Under the pieces are notes generated by a model. That model saw only the letters and a program-made list of their open reading frames with translations. It ran no database searches and was not told the origin of the DNA. The position numbers and the translations under genes are program-made. A DNA stretch of 62,541 nucleotides, counting the filler, from an uncultured Rhodopirellula sp. (GTDB lineage: Bacteria; Planctomycetota; Planctomycetia; Pirellulales; Pirellulaceae), in NCBI GenBank assembly GCA_964007735.1. It is 8 parts of 8 records of this genome, joined end to end, with 100 filler letters (N's around TTAATTAATTAA, not from the genome) between each part and the next. Parts side by side here need not be neighbours in the genome. Positions count along the whole stretch, not along the records: positions 1 to 8,969 come from CAXGAI010000095.1; 7 more parts are not named here. One strand, given 5' to 3'. Positions 1-9,069 of the stretch are shown piece by piece. Each line of letters starts with the position of its first letter. Position 1 is the stretch's first letter.

Positions 1-47
1 AGACTTATAAAGGTCTATCAAGAAGAGCAAAAAAATTAGCAATTTCA

Positions 48-542
48 ATGATTGTGCCTACATTCGCATTAACAATTTACTTTGTATTTTCGCTAGTAGG
101 AGATTTAATCTTTGGTTCTCACGGACGTGGCGTGTCTGCCGATATGCTTTGTGCACTACGAGCAGGTAGCAAGAGTACCCAGCCCAAAGTTGAATATGAA
201 ATCAAAACCGCGGCGCCACTTACACCCACTCCGCTCGTCAAGGATAAACTAGCATTCCTTTGGTCGGATGCCGGAATTGTAACTTGTATTGAAGCCGCTA
301 CCGGTACAGTAGTCTGGCGCAATCGTGTGGGAGGCAGCTATTATGGATCACCGATATGGGTCAACGGCTATCTTTATTGTGTTGACCGACGGGGAACCGT
401 GATGGTGGTCGCCGCAAACGAAAAATATGAGCTACTGGGGAAAACCTCGCTGGGCGAACCAAGTTTTGCCACTCCGGCCGTTGCGGGAGGGGTTATTTAT
501 TTTCGGACAGAAACCAAACTGTTCTCTTTGGGAGGTGAGTGA
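48..542 (+). CDS. PQQ-like beta-propeller repeat protein (BamB-like), C-terminal part; 5' end probably chimeric or truncated
   Basis: Motifs TPTPLVKDKL, CIEAATGTVVW, YYGSPIW, ATPAVAGGVIYFRT...LFSLG are typical of Planctomycete PQQ_2 proteins. Frame is open from nt 3; the first ~100 nt are AT-rich and encode an unrelated hydrophobic stretch. Confidence 0.75.
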   Translation: MIVPTFALTIYFVFSLVGDLIFGSHGRGVSADMLCALRAGSKSTQPKVEYEIKTAAPLTPTPLVKDKLAFLWSDAGIVTCIEAATGTVVWRNRVGGSYYGSPIWVNGYLYCVDRRGTVMVVAANEKYELLGKTSLGEPSFATPAVAGGVIYFRTETKLFSLGGE

Positions 543-646
543 GTGGAAGGGGGTTCAATACGCTCCTTTCGTGTTTGGCCGCCATATGGATGTGTTTGAA
601 ACTACTCAGTATGGATGCTAGAGTAAGTGAAACGAAAGGAACTCTT

Positions 647-1225
647 ATGAAGAAATCGCTTTTAGTTCTTCTTCTGCTGACACCGGCTCTGTTCGCCAGC
701 AAAAAGCCTAAACACAACGTAACCGTTGAAGACACCATTCTTCCAACCGGTACTAAGACCAACGTTGGCAACCATTTGATAATGGAAGCCTCTGGAATCG
801 TTACCCTCACCAGGAAGGGGCAGCGGGCCCGCTACAACGTGGTAGGTGCAAGCGAGAAAGGTACGTTGCTCCTCGGTCTCGACACCAAGGTCGATGAGGG
901 GGCTTTCAAGGTACAGCTCGCTAAGGGAGCAAGGATTAAGTTCATTAAGTCGGAAGAGCGGGAAGACGGCAGTGCCAAGCTCGACGGAGATGGTCATTTA
1001 TTGGTTAAAAACACTGGCAAGACCGAAATGGGTGGGCATTTAATGATTGAAGCCAGCGACATTGTTACGGTCTGGGTGGACTCATGGCCACCGCCAATAA
1101 CAAAGAATGATAACGAAGCTAACCTGCTTATCGTGAAGGCTTTCGGCCTGCTCATTAGTTATGGAGAAATTAATCTGAAGAAACCAACGCTCACCTCTAA
1201 GCCTCCGGCTAAATCTGAACGCTAA
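647..1225 (+). CDS. Secreted hypothetical protein with an internal duplicated motif
   Basis: AAAGGA RBS before ATG 647; signal peptide MKKSLLVLLLLTPALFA; repeat TGTKTNVGNHLIMEASGIVT / TGKTEMGGHLMIEASDIVT. Confidence 0.6.
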   Translation: MKKSLLVLLLLTPALFASKKPKHNVTVEDTILPTGTKTNVGNHLIMEASGIVTLTRKGQRARYNVVGASEKGTLLLGLDTKVDEGAFKVQLAKGARIKFIKSEEREDGSAKLDGDGHLLVKNTGKTEMGGHLMIEASDIVTVWVDSWPPPITKNDNEANLLIVKAFGLLISYGEINLKKPTLTSKPPAKSER

Positions 1226-1317
1226 GCTACCAGGGCTTGCTCATAAGCCCAGGTGAAAAAGCGTTTATTGGCAGTTCACCATTCCATAAGAGGTCGGTTT
1301 AGGAAACTGATCTGGCG

Positions 1318-2592
1318 TTATGTGAACAATTGCAAGACAGGTTCTTCTCCGTCACCAACGATCATTGGGCGACCGGAAGGTGACATGGCCGGGGTTTCGA
1401 TTTTCATACCAGCTGCGAATGCGATACTGGCGTGAAAAGATCCGACTGAGACGGGATTTTCTTCAACGCGGTATCCCAGATTGTCACTTCTGCCATAGAC
1501 AAACCCTGCCTTCGCGCCTCCACCCGCGAGAACCGTTGAGAAGCAGATCGGGTGATGACTTCGGCCGTTACCATCAAAGTCCGGTTTGCGACCAAATTCC
1601 GTCGCCACGACGACAAGCGTTGACTCAAGCATCCCGCGTTGTTCAAGGTCTTTGATCAGTGTTGCGAATGCGGCGTCGAAGACTGGCGCCACGTTTTCCA
1701 TTTCGTCGGCAAGCGCTTTGTGATGATCCCAGCCGTCGTGTTTTACCTCAACAAAACGGACACCTGCATCAACCAATCGGCGAGCGAGCAGGCACCCTTG
1801 ACCGAACGAATTGTTACCATAGGCGGTGCGTTGTTCTTCGGATTCGTTCGACAGATCGAAAGCCTTTAGCTCCGTGCTCTTCATCAATGCGAGGGCATCA
1901 TCATAGAATCCGTTATAGGCTTTGACTCCCTTATCATTGAATTTTCTGCGGAAGTCGCTATCGAGTCCGTTTAGCAATGCCAGCCGCTTCGTTGCTGCAG
2001 ACTTACCACCTATTGATTCGACATCATGGATCCCCTCGCTTGGATCTCCAATGGCGAGAGGTGCGTAGCTCGAAGGAAAGAATCCGTTCCCCTGATCTGA
2101 ACGGCGATTGATGCACACATTAGATGGCAAAGTCCTACTACTGCGCCCGAGATAGTGAGCCCCCCAGGCCCCGAGGTTCGGGTGTTGAATCGTACCACGG
2201 GGTTCATAGGCGGTTCGCATGTAGTATTGAGCTGGCTTGTGGACACCAATCTTTGCCTCCATGGATCGAATCAGGCAGATTCGATCTGCGACCGTCGCGA
2301 ACTTCGGAAAGAAATCGGTAACCTGGAAGTCGGCTGATGTGTTAATCGCCGCGGCCGGCCCTTTGGATTTCCCCTTTTTCGGATCTAGTGAGTCGATATG
2401 ACTTAGGCCACCGCTGAGCATCAGCCATATCACACTTTTTGCTTGCCCGAATGCGGCTGGCTTCTGCTCTGTAGATTCGGTTGCAACCAATTTTGTCGTC
2501 GGGACGATGCTCAGGCCGAAAGAAGTTGCGGCACAGCGTTCCACAAAGTTTCGGCGTGTGAGTGTGTCTAGCGAATTGAGAAGGTGCTTCAT
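1318..2592 (-). CDS. DUF1501 domain protein (Tat-exported)
   Basis: TRRNF twin-arginine; GGLSHIDSLDPK, FGQGCLLARRLV, GWDHH, TEFGRKP motifs. Confidence 0.9.
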   Translation of the reverse strand: MKHLLNSLDTLTRRNFVERCAATSFGLSIVPTTKLVATESTEQKPAAFGQAKSVIWLMLSGGLSHIDSLDPKKGKSKGPAAAINTSADFQVTDFFPKFATVADRICLIRSMEAKIGVHKPAQYYMRTAYEPRGTIQHPNLGAWGAHYLGRSSRTLPSNVCINRRSDQGNGFFPSSYAPLAIGDPSEGIHDVESIGGKSAATKRLALLNGLDSDFRRKFNDKGVKAYNGFYDDALALMKSTELKAFDLSNESEEQRTAYGNNSFGQGCLLARRLVDAGVRFVEVKHDGWDHHKALADEMENVAPVFDAAFATLIKDLEQRGMLESTLVVVATEFGRKPDFDGNGRSHHPICFSTVLAGGGAKAGFVYGRSDNLGYRVEENPVSVGSFHASIAFAAGMKIETPAMSPSGRPMIVGDGEEPVLQLFT

Positions 2593-2644
2593 GTCGGATT
2601 GGATCGTTAAGTGATACTAGTAGTAAATAAAGGACGGGTAATGT

Positions 2645-4480
2645 CTATTGGATGAACATAAATTCCCGAGAATTCAAAAGAGCCCAGAAGATATCGTCAA
2701 TGTCGAGCCCTTGATCCAGTGCGGCAAGACACTGACTCATGTCCTGTTCGCGCGGAAGCCGTGATAGACATGTGCGGTAAAGGAATGTGATCTGCTCGAC
2801 GGGGGTTTTTTTCGCTCGAGATGCATTGATAACCAATGACCTGTTCATAAGACTTTTCGTGACTTCGCCGTTCATCATTGCCAACGATTCGGTAATGCCA
2901 CCTTCAGTCGATCCATCATCGGCAACGTCACGCGCTGACTGTCCTGCGATTCGCAGGAAGTGCGTTGGAGGCATTGGTTGGGGTAGTTCGGATGCCCGTA
3001 GCCATGTTTCTTTACGGAGTCGTTCGCCGGTTTGAATGAATAGGCCCCGTCCGCCCTCACCATTCGAAACCTTTCCATCGGGCATAAGCGTTTTTGCAAA
3101 GTCGAAGATCTTTTCCCGATCGTTCATGATTGCATTTCTGTCGTGCGAGAATTCAAATGGAAAGACTAGCCGTTCCATTAAGGGCGCATGGTCTGTCTTC
3201 AATAGGTCGATCTCAGGCCCTCGCATGAAGAGAACAATGGAGTCCCATGACTGCTCAGCCGTCATCCGACGCAATAAAGGACCTGGGAATCGAAAGGCCT
3301 CGCCTTCGGGCGGGGTGAGGCTGACTTGTCGTTGATATGCCTTGGTATTCATGACAATACGTTGGAATGCTCGAAGATCAAAATCAACATCTTTCATCAA
3401 CTTTGCGAGGTAACGCAGTAGTTCGGGATTTGTGGCACTTGCCAGATCGTCGAGATCTGTCACTGGCTCTTTGACGGCCATTCCAAATAGCTTCTTCCAT
3501 AGCCGATTGGCAATGGCAGCGGCGAAACGTGGGTTCTCCGTGGAGGTCATCCAGTTCGCGAAGTGGCTTCGAAGTCGTTGCGGGCGCATGCTAGTCAGAG
3601 GCATTCCCTTTTCACCATCCCAGTTAATAAATCGTGGGATGACCTGGCTACCGGGCTTGGCATCGTTATACGCATAATCCTCCGGGAATACGGTTGACCT
3701 TGTGTTATCGAAGACGACTCGTTCCATGTTCGGCTGAAGTAAGGTAACGAGATTCGCTTTAGAGAAACGCTCATCACGCAGTACTATCGCAGGCTTGCGA
3801 GTATCGACACGTTCAAAGGCCGTTGAGCCGAAGAACGATACCATTTCATAGAAGTCGCGCTGAGTCCATTCGGCAGAGGGATGGTCGTGGCACTGAGCGC
3901 AGGCAATATTGGCTCCCAGAAAAGTGGTCATCGTGTTGGAGAGACTGTCCAGCGGCATACTAGCATCGCGTAAGAGGTAAGCGGTGGCTCCATTTTCTCC
4001 GAGCCGGCCTTCTGCAGTTAGCATGTCGTGAACCAATGCGTCCCATGGACGATTCTCCCGAAGTTGTACCTTCAGCCAAGTGTGAAAAGTCCAGGTCTTA
4101 CCAATACGATAATAATCGTCCTTTACCCGAAGCATGTCTCCCAGCCAGTTGAACATGTGAGACTCGTGGCCAGGAGACTCCAGTAACGCATCGATCAACC
4201 TGGCTCGACGGTCTTCGCGGGTGTCGCCGTAGAAATTCCCAAATTCTTCATCTGTTGGAATTCGACCAATCACATCCAGATATACGCGGCGGGCGAACTG
4301 AATATCGCTGACCGGCGGATTCGGTTCCATCCCGTGTTTCTTTAGATCAAGCCGAATGATCGCATCAATTCGCAAGGAAGAATTGCCCGAATCTTGAGAA
4401 TATGCGTTGGTTGTTGCAACGAAGAAGCCCAGTAACAGGCTACAGTATTTGATTGGTTGGGGATTCATTTGCATCATCAT
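2645..4480 (-). CDS. DUF1549/DUF1553 (PSCyt2/PSD1) protein with heme-binding motif
   Basis: FARRVYLDVIGRIPT, CAQCHDHP, NRLWKKLFG, WALLNSREF; canonical partner of downstream DUF1501. Confidence 0.9.
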   Translation of the reverse strand: MMMQMNPQPIKYCSLLLGFFVATTNAYSQDSGNSSLRIDAIIRLDLKKHGMEPNPPVSDIQFARRVYLDVIGRIPTDEEFGNFYGDTREDRRARLIDALLESPGHESHMFNWLGDMLRVKDDYYRIGKTWTFHTWLKVQLRENRPWDALVHDMLTAEGRLGENGATAYLLRDASMPLDSLSNTMTTFLGANIACAQCHDHPSAEWTQRDFYEMVSFFGSTAFERVDTRKPAIVLRDERFSKANLVTLLQPNMERVVFDNTRSTVFPEDYAYNDAKPGSQVIPRFINWDGEKGMPLTSMRPQRLRSHFANWMTSTENPRFAAAIANRLWKKLFGMAVKEPVTDLDDLASATNPELLRYLAKLMKDVDFDLRAFQRIVMNTKAYQRQVSLTPPEGEAFRFPGPLLRRMTAEQSWDSIVLFMRGPEIDLLKTDHAPLMERLVFPFEFSHDRNAIMNDREKIFDFAKTLMPDGKVSNGEGGRGLFIQTGERLRKETWLRASELPQPMPPTHFLRIAGQSARDVADDGSTEGGITESLAMMNGEVTKSLMNRSLVINASRAKKTPVEQITFLYRTCLSRLPREQDMSQCLAALDQGLDIDDIFWALLNSREFMFIQ

Positions 4481-4711
4481 AACACGGACTGCGAAATATG
4501 ATGAGTGTAAATTGACGTCTCTATTGTGGTGGTGAAGTTAGAGATAAGACTTTTAGGTCACGGTATGGAATCGCCACCTATGGTGATGCTGTAATGCCAA
4601 CAGTCCTTCTAGTTCGAAGACGAAGCCGCAGGCACTCGCATTCATTTGTCTGTTCGACTAAGCTAAGTCGTAAATACTTCGCCAAATGATCGACGCTCGG
4701 ATAATTCAAGT

Positions 4712-4873
4712 ATGGAACCGCATATAAAGTCAGTGCCTAAGCAACCGCACGCACCGGAAAATCAGGTTGAGCCAAAACAACAACTCAGTCAAACAAAAGC
4801 AGCGGAAGTTAGCTATACTTGTCCTTGTTGTATTGCTCGGGAGAAAGTTCTTGCATCCCGGGGCGAGCGTTAA
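4712..4873 (+). CDS. Possible small protein (53 aa) with CPCC motif
   Basis: Hand-translated MEPHIKSVPKQPHAPENQVEPKQQLSQTKAAEVSYTCPCCIAREKVLASRGER*; no family recognised. Confidence 0.2.
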   Translation: MEPHIKSVPKQPHAPENQVEPKQQLSQTKAAEVSYTCPCCIAREKVLASRGER

Positions 4874-5125
4874 AAAATAGTATTGATCTCTGTTGGCCGA
4901 CTTGGCTGCTACGCGTTCGGTAAGAAGTCGTAGATAATCAGGACACATCAGAAAATTCGCCGCCCCTGGAAAACAAAGAATTTCCCGTCATAGATCGTCA
5001 TGATCTGTCACAAGAAATGCCTGAGTGGGCGATCAGCCCAAATAACGAAATAGACCGGCCATCTCGCCTCTCTAGGCGAAGTTCCTGCCGCAGATACCCA
5101 CCGATTTCCCCCTGGAATCAGTGAT

Positions 5126-6526
5126 TTACTGATCGACTGAAGTAACGAACACATTCGAAAGAGGTTTACCTTCGGCATAGTCGTACTTGAGGCCCAGTAG
5201 TTTGGCGATCGTCGGGGCGACAGCGGTATTGTCTACTCCTTGTATTTTACCTCCCGGTCGAATACCAACTCCGGAGAGAATACACATCGCTTTCATCTTC
5301 GGGGATTTCGCAAGAAAACCGTGCGAACCAAGTGCCGTTCTCGCTTCCTGGTATGTGGTGACGAGTGTCTCCCCGGTCATGTTTCCGGAAACACCGTATC
5401 CATCTTTAGCAACCACGATCGCATCAGGAACCTGATTGTTTTCGCGAGGATGTGGAAAGCCAACTTCATTGAATCGATCAGGCAGCAGAAAATCGGCCAC
5501 ACCCTCCTGTCCCAACAAGAGTTTTTGAACAAACGCGGCACGCTGAGAAGCAGTGGCTGGATTGGTGCAATACACATATCCAACTCCACCTTCCGGAACC
5601 ACATGCACTTGGGCCTCCGTTAACTCTCCACCGTCCAATGTCAACAATCCCGCTTTTCGCAAAACAACATTAGGGCGGATTGCTTTGGGAGTTAGAGTGA
5701 ATCCATGATCGGCAACCAAGATAACGGTCGTGGTTTCACGAATTCCCGCATCGTCAATAGCGTCGAGAATTCTACCCACACACATATCGGCATAGGCATT
5801 CGCGGTGTAGCCGTCCTGTGTTTGGGCTCCACGCCTATGGTGTGTCGCATCATTGTTCAAAAGATGTACGAGGGTTAGGTGTGGTTTGCGTTGCCGAATC
5901 AGGTGGCAGGCAGCTTCCGTCCAGACATAATCGAGGCCAACAACACTGACACTTCGAAATGAAGCTTGTGATTCATCCCGTAGAAATCCCTTTTCGATAA
6001 GTTCAGTCCTTAATCGCGGTGTTGTATAGTCCAAGGAATTTGGTACGTCGGGAAATTGGTCGTCGAATGATTTCGAATTGCGAGTACAAGGCCAATTAAC
6101 TTCGGCCGTCCTGAGGCCCGCAGCATGGGCCACATCCGCAATGGTGGGAACTCGCACCAAGTCTATCTGGTCACGATTCGAGTCAATCTTCACCGGCACG
6201 CCGACTCCACCTCGGACAAGAACACCATTTGCGAGGACGCCATGCCGCCCAGGCTTCAAGCCTGTCACAAGCGTCGTGTGATTGGGCCATGTCACCGAGG
6301 GGTCTGAGACAGTCATCCCACCCTCAACAATACAACCCTCCTCAGCGAGACGCCGAATGTTGGGCAGCGGCACTTTGGGATCGTCAACGAGGTAACCTGC
6401 GAACCCGTCGATGCTAATGAGAACTACGTGTCGGTCCGTAGCGTCTGCTTGAGCTAACACCCAAGGAATGAGGCTGGCTGTAATTAAAGCCGCGACATTA
6501 GAGAACCACTGTTTCCTGTTTAACAT
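5126..6526 (-). CDS. Alkaline phosphatase superfamily nucleotide pyrophosphatase/phosphodiesterase
   Basis: VVLISIDG, PSVTWPNHTTLVTG (catalytic Thr), ADHGF, GSHG; N-terminal signal peptide. Confidence 0.9.
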   Translation of the reverse strand: MLNRKQWFSNVAALITASLIPWVLAQADATDRHVVLISIDGFAGYLVDDPKVPLPNIRRLAEEGCIVEGGMTVSDPSVTWPNHTTLVTGLKPGRHGVLANGVLVRGGVGVPVKIDSNRDQIDLVRVPTIADVAHAAGLRTAEVNWPCTRNSKSFDDQFPDVPNSLDYTTPRLRTELIEKGFLRDESQASFRSVSVVGLDYVWTEAACHLIRQRKPHLTLVHLLNNDATHHRRGAQTQDGYTANAYADMCVGRILDAIDDAGIRETTTVILVADHGFTLTPKAIRPNVVLRKAGLLTLDGGELTEAQVHVVPEGGVGYVYCTNPATASQRAAFVQKLLLGQEGVADFLLPDRFNEVGFPHPRENNQVPDAIVVAKDGYGVSGNMTGETLVTTYQEARTALGSHGFLAKSPKMKAMCILSGVGIRPGGKIQGVDNTAVAPTIAKLLGLKYDYAEGKPLSNVFVTSVDQ

Positions 6527-6791
6527 GCCGGCCTTATCTCCCGCTCGTTGTTATTCTAAGCGCCTTCTAAATATTTAGGAAACTTAAAACTACCAAATAG
6601 ATCTGGGGCAGTAAACAAAACAATCTCGATTGGTAATTCAGTTTAAGAGATGATAAGAAATCGGTGCGAGCTTAAGCAAGTGACTATCGATAACTGATTA
6701 GTTTGGCGACAGCTTCCTGACAGTGTGGCAATTCGATTAGCGTGAGTAAGACACAACCTCACCCGGTCAAGCCCCCGGAAGTCGCCCGCGC

Positions 6792-7022
6792 AACACGCAA
6801 CGGCAAAGTTTCAAACTTGCAATGTTGAGGAAAACTGCGATCTGGTACCGTGGCGGTCTACGGAAGCATGGGGTGCCAGAAAATAGGCCCCCCTCCTAGC
6901 TAACTGATGGGAATTCGCGCCCCTTTGATTTTTGTTTCGCATCTTTCCTAGTGAGAGACGAATGTGCCTCTCCGATTAGGTAGGATGTGTCTGGTAAGCC
7001 AGTGACGGCTTGGTTGCGTGTT
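6792..7022 (+). repeat. Dispersed intergenic repeat, copy 1 (family A)
   Basis: Shares ACG(G/A)CAAAGTTTCAAACTT(G/A)CAAT, TACCGTGGCGGTCTAC, GGTGCCAGAAAA and GTAAGCC(A/G)GTGACGGCTTGGTTGCGT blocks with copies at 7545, 50886 and 54849. Confidence 0.85.
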
Positions 7023-7039
7023 CTTGATCCGTGCAAATA

Positions 7040-7483
7040 ATGATGGAAAACACAAATATGAACACCCCGGAGCAAGCTCCCAACCCGACGGCATTTTGGT
7101 GTCCAAATTGTCGATGCCATACAGATTCGGTGGAACGGGAGTCCTACATTAGTGACTCTCAGGGAGGGTCTGGAAGCACGTATGTAGAGAGCTGTGTATC
7201 CTGCAAAGCAGTGGGCGGTATACCAGCGCAGCAATACAAGAGTCTTATTCGGGCAACCACAATCATCGCACTATGTGTGACGACTTTGGCGGCAATCATG
7301 GTGAGTTGCTTTCCCAAAACAGAATCAACTTCCACTTGGAACGCGATTACAACGTTTTGCCTAAACACCCTTGGTGTTGCCTCAGTTTTATCACCAGGCT
7401 TTTTATTTGCCTGGGTAGTGACTTGTGGGGCCACTTTTCTCCGTTATCGCAAATGGAGGAAGTGGGCTAGGAAACAACGTTGA
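7040..7483 (+). CDS. Hypothetical membrane protein with N-terminal zinc-ribbon-like CxxC pairs
   Basis: CPNC...CVSC, two hydrophobic helices, basic C-terminus. Confidence 0.65.
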   Translation: MMENTNMNTPEQAPNPTAFWCPNCRCHTDSVERESYISDSQGGSGSTYVESCVSCKAVGGIPAQQYKSLIRATTIIALCVTTLAAIMVSCFPKTESTSTWNAITTFCLNTLGVASVLSPGFLFAWVVTCGATFLRYRKWRKWARKQR

Positions 7484-7544
7484 CTGAATTGCCTCAAGGC
7501 AACGTATTTTTCCTTCTACATATGCTCGGAGCCTGAGTAGATCT

Positions 7545-7612
7545 TCACGCAGCCAGATTCTTAGAGGCTTTCCCACTCAGCACCTCACGGCAAAGTTTCA
7601 AACTTGCAATTT
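7545..7612 (+). repeat. Dispersed intergenic repeat, copy 2 (family A, 5' part)
   Basis: TCACGCAGCCAGATTC-TTAGAGGCTTTCCCACTCAGCACCTCACGGCAAAGTTTCAAACTTGCAAT aligns with 50886-50952 and 54849-54882. Confidence 0.85.
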
Positions 7613-7697
7613 CCCGAACATCCATTGAACTCTTTCAGTTGGTTTTAGTGCGAGTAGTCCTGACGCAGAAGCCGAAGCTGCAACGCCTGTCACCACC

Positions 7698-7770
7698 ATT
7701 TGAAATCAGCCGGCGACTTTGGGAGAATTAAGCCTTGGCCGAAGAGAAATGTATAGGCTGTGGTTGCGTG
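7698..7770 (+). repeat. Dispersed intergenic repeat (family B), copy 1
   Basis: ATTTGAAATCAGCCGGCGACTTTGGGAGAAT..CTTGGCC matches 55785-55827; ends in TGGTTGCGTG like family A. Confidence 0.75.
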
Positions 7771-7852
7771 ATTCGAGTGGATTCTTTTTGAAGTGCTTCG
7801 TATGCTTGACAAGTCAATAAAAACGCCTGATAGAGTTGCAGGAAATTCGGTG

Positions 7853-8140
7853 ATGAAAAAAGTCCTACTAGGCACCATTGTAGGTTGCTTAGTTGCGATC
7901 CTCCTTGCCGTTGGGGGTGTAGCAATTTTAATTGCGCATTTAATGACTAGCAGTGCGGGAGGCGGAAGTGGGGGTGTAGGTGCTTTTATCGTCGCGATTG
8001 CTATCTTCATCCTTTGCTTGCCTGTTGGCGTAATTTGGGGTGTGATTTCCGCGGTCAAAGGTTGGTGGCCGTTTTACAAAGGTTCATTCTCGGCGGTCAA
8101 AGGCTGGTGGCCTTTTCGGAAAAAAGCACATAATCAATAG
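7853..8140 (+). CDS. Small two-TM hypothetical membrane protein with duplicated SAVKGWWPF tail
   Basis: Two hydrophobic helices joined by a Gly/Ser linker; 42-nt-period duplication at 8048-8116. Confidence 0.65.
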   Translation: MKKVLLGTIVGCLVAILLAVGGVAILIAHLMTSSAGGGSGGVGAFIVAIAIFILCLPVGVIWGVISAVKGWWPFYKGSFSAVKGWWPFRKKAHNQ

Positions 8141-8445
8141 CTATTGGGTAGCTTATCAACCACCCAGAGCTTGCAGAGAAGGCTTTGGAACACGCTTCAA
8201 GCATTACAAAAATAGGGATGCGAGATCATCATCCAAACCTCTATGCTCATTGTATTGATCCGGAAGAGCAAAACAACTTGGAAGAATCGAACCTCGAAAT
8301 CCTGGAAAGCCTCTGAAAACAGCCTGGCAAAACATCAAGACAACAAGAAAACAGTCAAATGAAAGCAGCAATGACTTCTAAGTTGCCGATCAATCCACTC
8401 TGTTCTTAAGTGAAAAGCGAGATAAAAGCACTCGTCAAACGTTCT

Positions 8446-8943
8446 CTAGGTTACGAGTTCTGCAATTGGTGTTCCGCTTGGAATAAGTGGAACGGGCCGT
8501 CCATTAAGATCCGGAACATGCCGCTTATAATCGATACCAAGATGACGATAAATCGTGGCCAGTAAATCATTAGGATCTAAAGGACGGTCCACCGGATGTT
8601 CTCCCTTTTTGTTAGTCGATCCTATAACCTGTCCTGTTCGCATTCCGCCACCGGCCACAAGAACGCTCATGGCTGCTGGATAATGGTCTCGTCCGGGTTG
8701 CATTACTTTGGAAGCGGTTCCTTTTTGAGGATTAATACGGGGGGTACGTCCAAATTCACCTGATACGATGACCATCACTTTTTTATCCAATCCCCGTTGG
8801 TACACATCTTCTATTAACGCTGCCACCGCTTTATCAAAAATAGGTAATCGTGCTCTGTTATCTCGGAATAGATGTCCGTTAACCGCGTGAATATCCCAGT
8901 TACCAATAACTGTATTAAGACACCACTTAAACCAACAAAACAA
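8446..8943 (-). CDS. DUF1501 domain protein, C-terminal fragment (contig end)
   Basis: NWDIH, SGEFGRTPRIN, GRDHYP, ATIYRHLGID; the last ~60 nt of the contig are AT-rich and appear unrelated. Confidence 0.85.
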   Translation of the reverse strand: MFCWFKWCLNTVIGNWDIHAVNGHLFRDNRARLPIFDKAVAALIEDVYQRGLDKKVMVIVSGEFGRTPRINPQKGTASKVMQPGRDHYPAAMSVLVAGGGMRTGQVIGSTNKKGEHPVDRPLDPNDLLATIYRHLGIDYKRHVPDLNGRPVPLIPSGTPIAELVT

Positions 8944-8969
8944 AAATTATTAAAAAGTATTTGCCCTTT

Positions 8970-9069
8970 NNNNNNNNNNNNNNNNNNNNNNNNNNNNNNN
9001 NNNNNNNNNNNNNTTAATTAATTAANNNNNNNNNNNNNNNNNNNNNNNNNNNNNNNNNNNNNNNNNNNN
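8970..9069. other. Artificial contig linker
   Basis: 44 N + TTAATTAATTAA (stops in all six frames) + 44 N. Confidence 0.99.

Noticed and set aside
6792..7770. Repeat family as a CRISPR array or canonical integron attC sites
   Set aside because: Units are long, diverged and separated by whole genes; no cas or intI seen; ends (GTTGCGT) do not fit GTTRRRY and length exceeds typical attC
8150..8316. Possible sulfatase C-terminal remnant (NLYAHCIDPEEQNNLEESNLEIL)
   Set aside because: Too short and without a start codon; similarity only impressionistic
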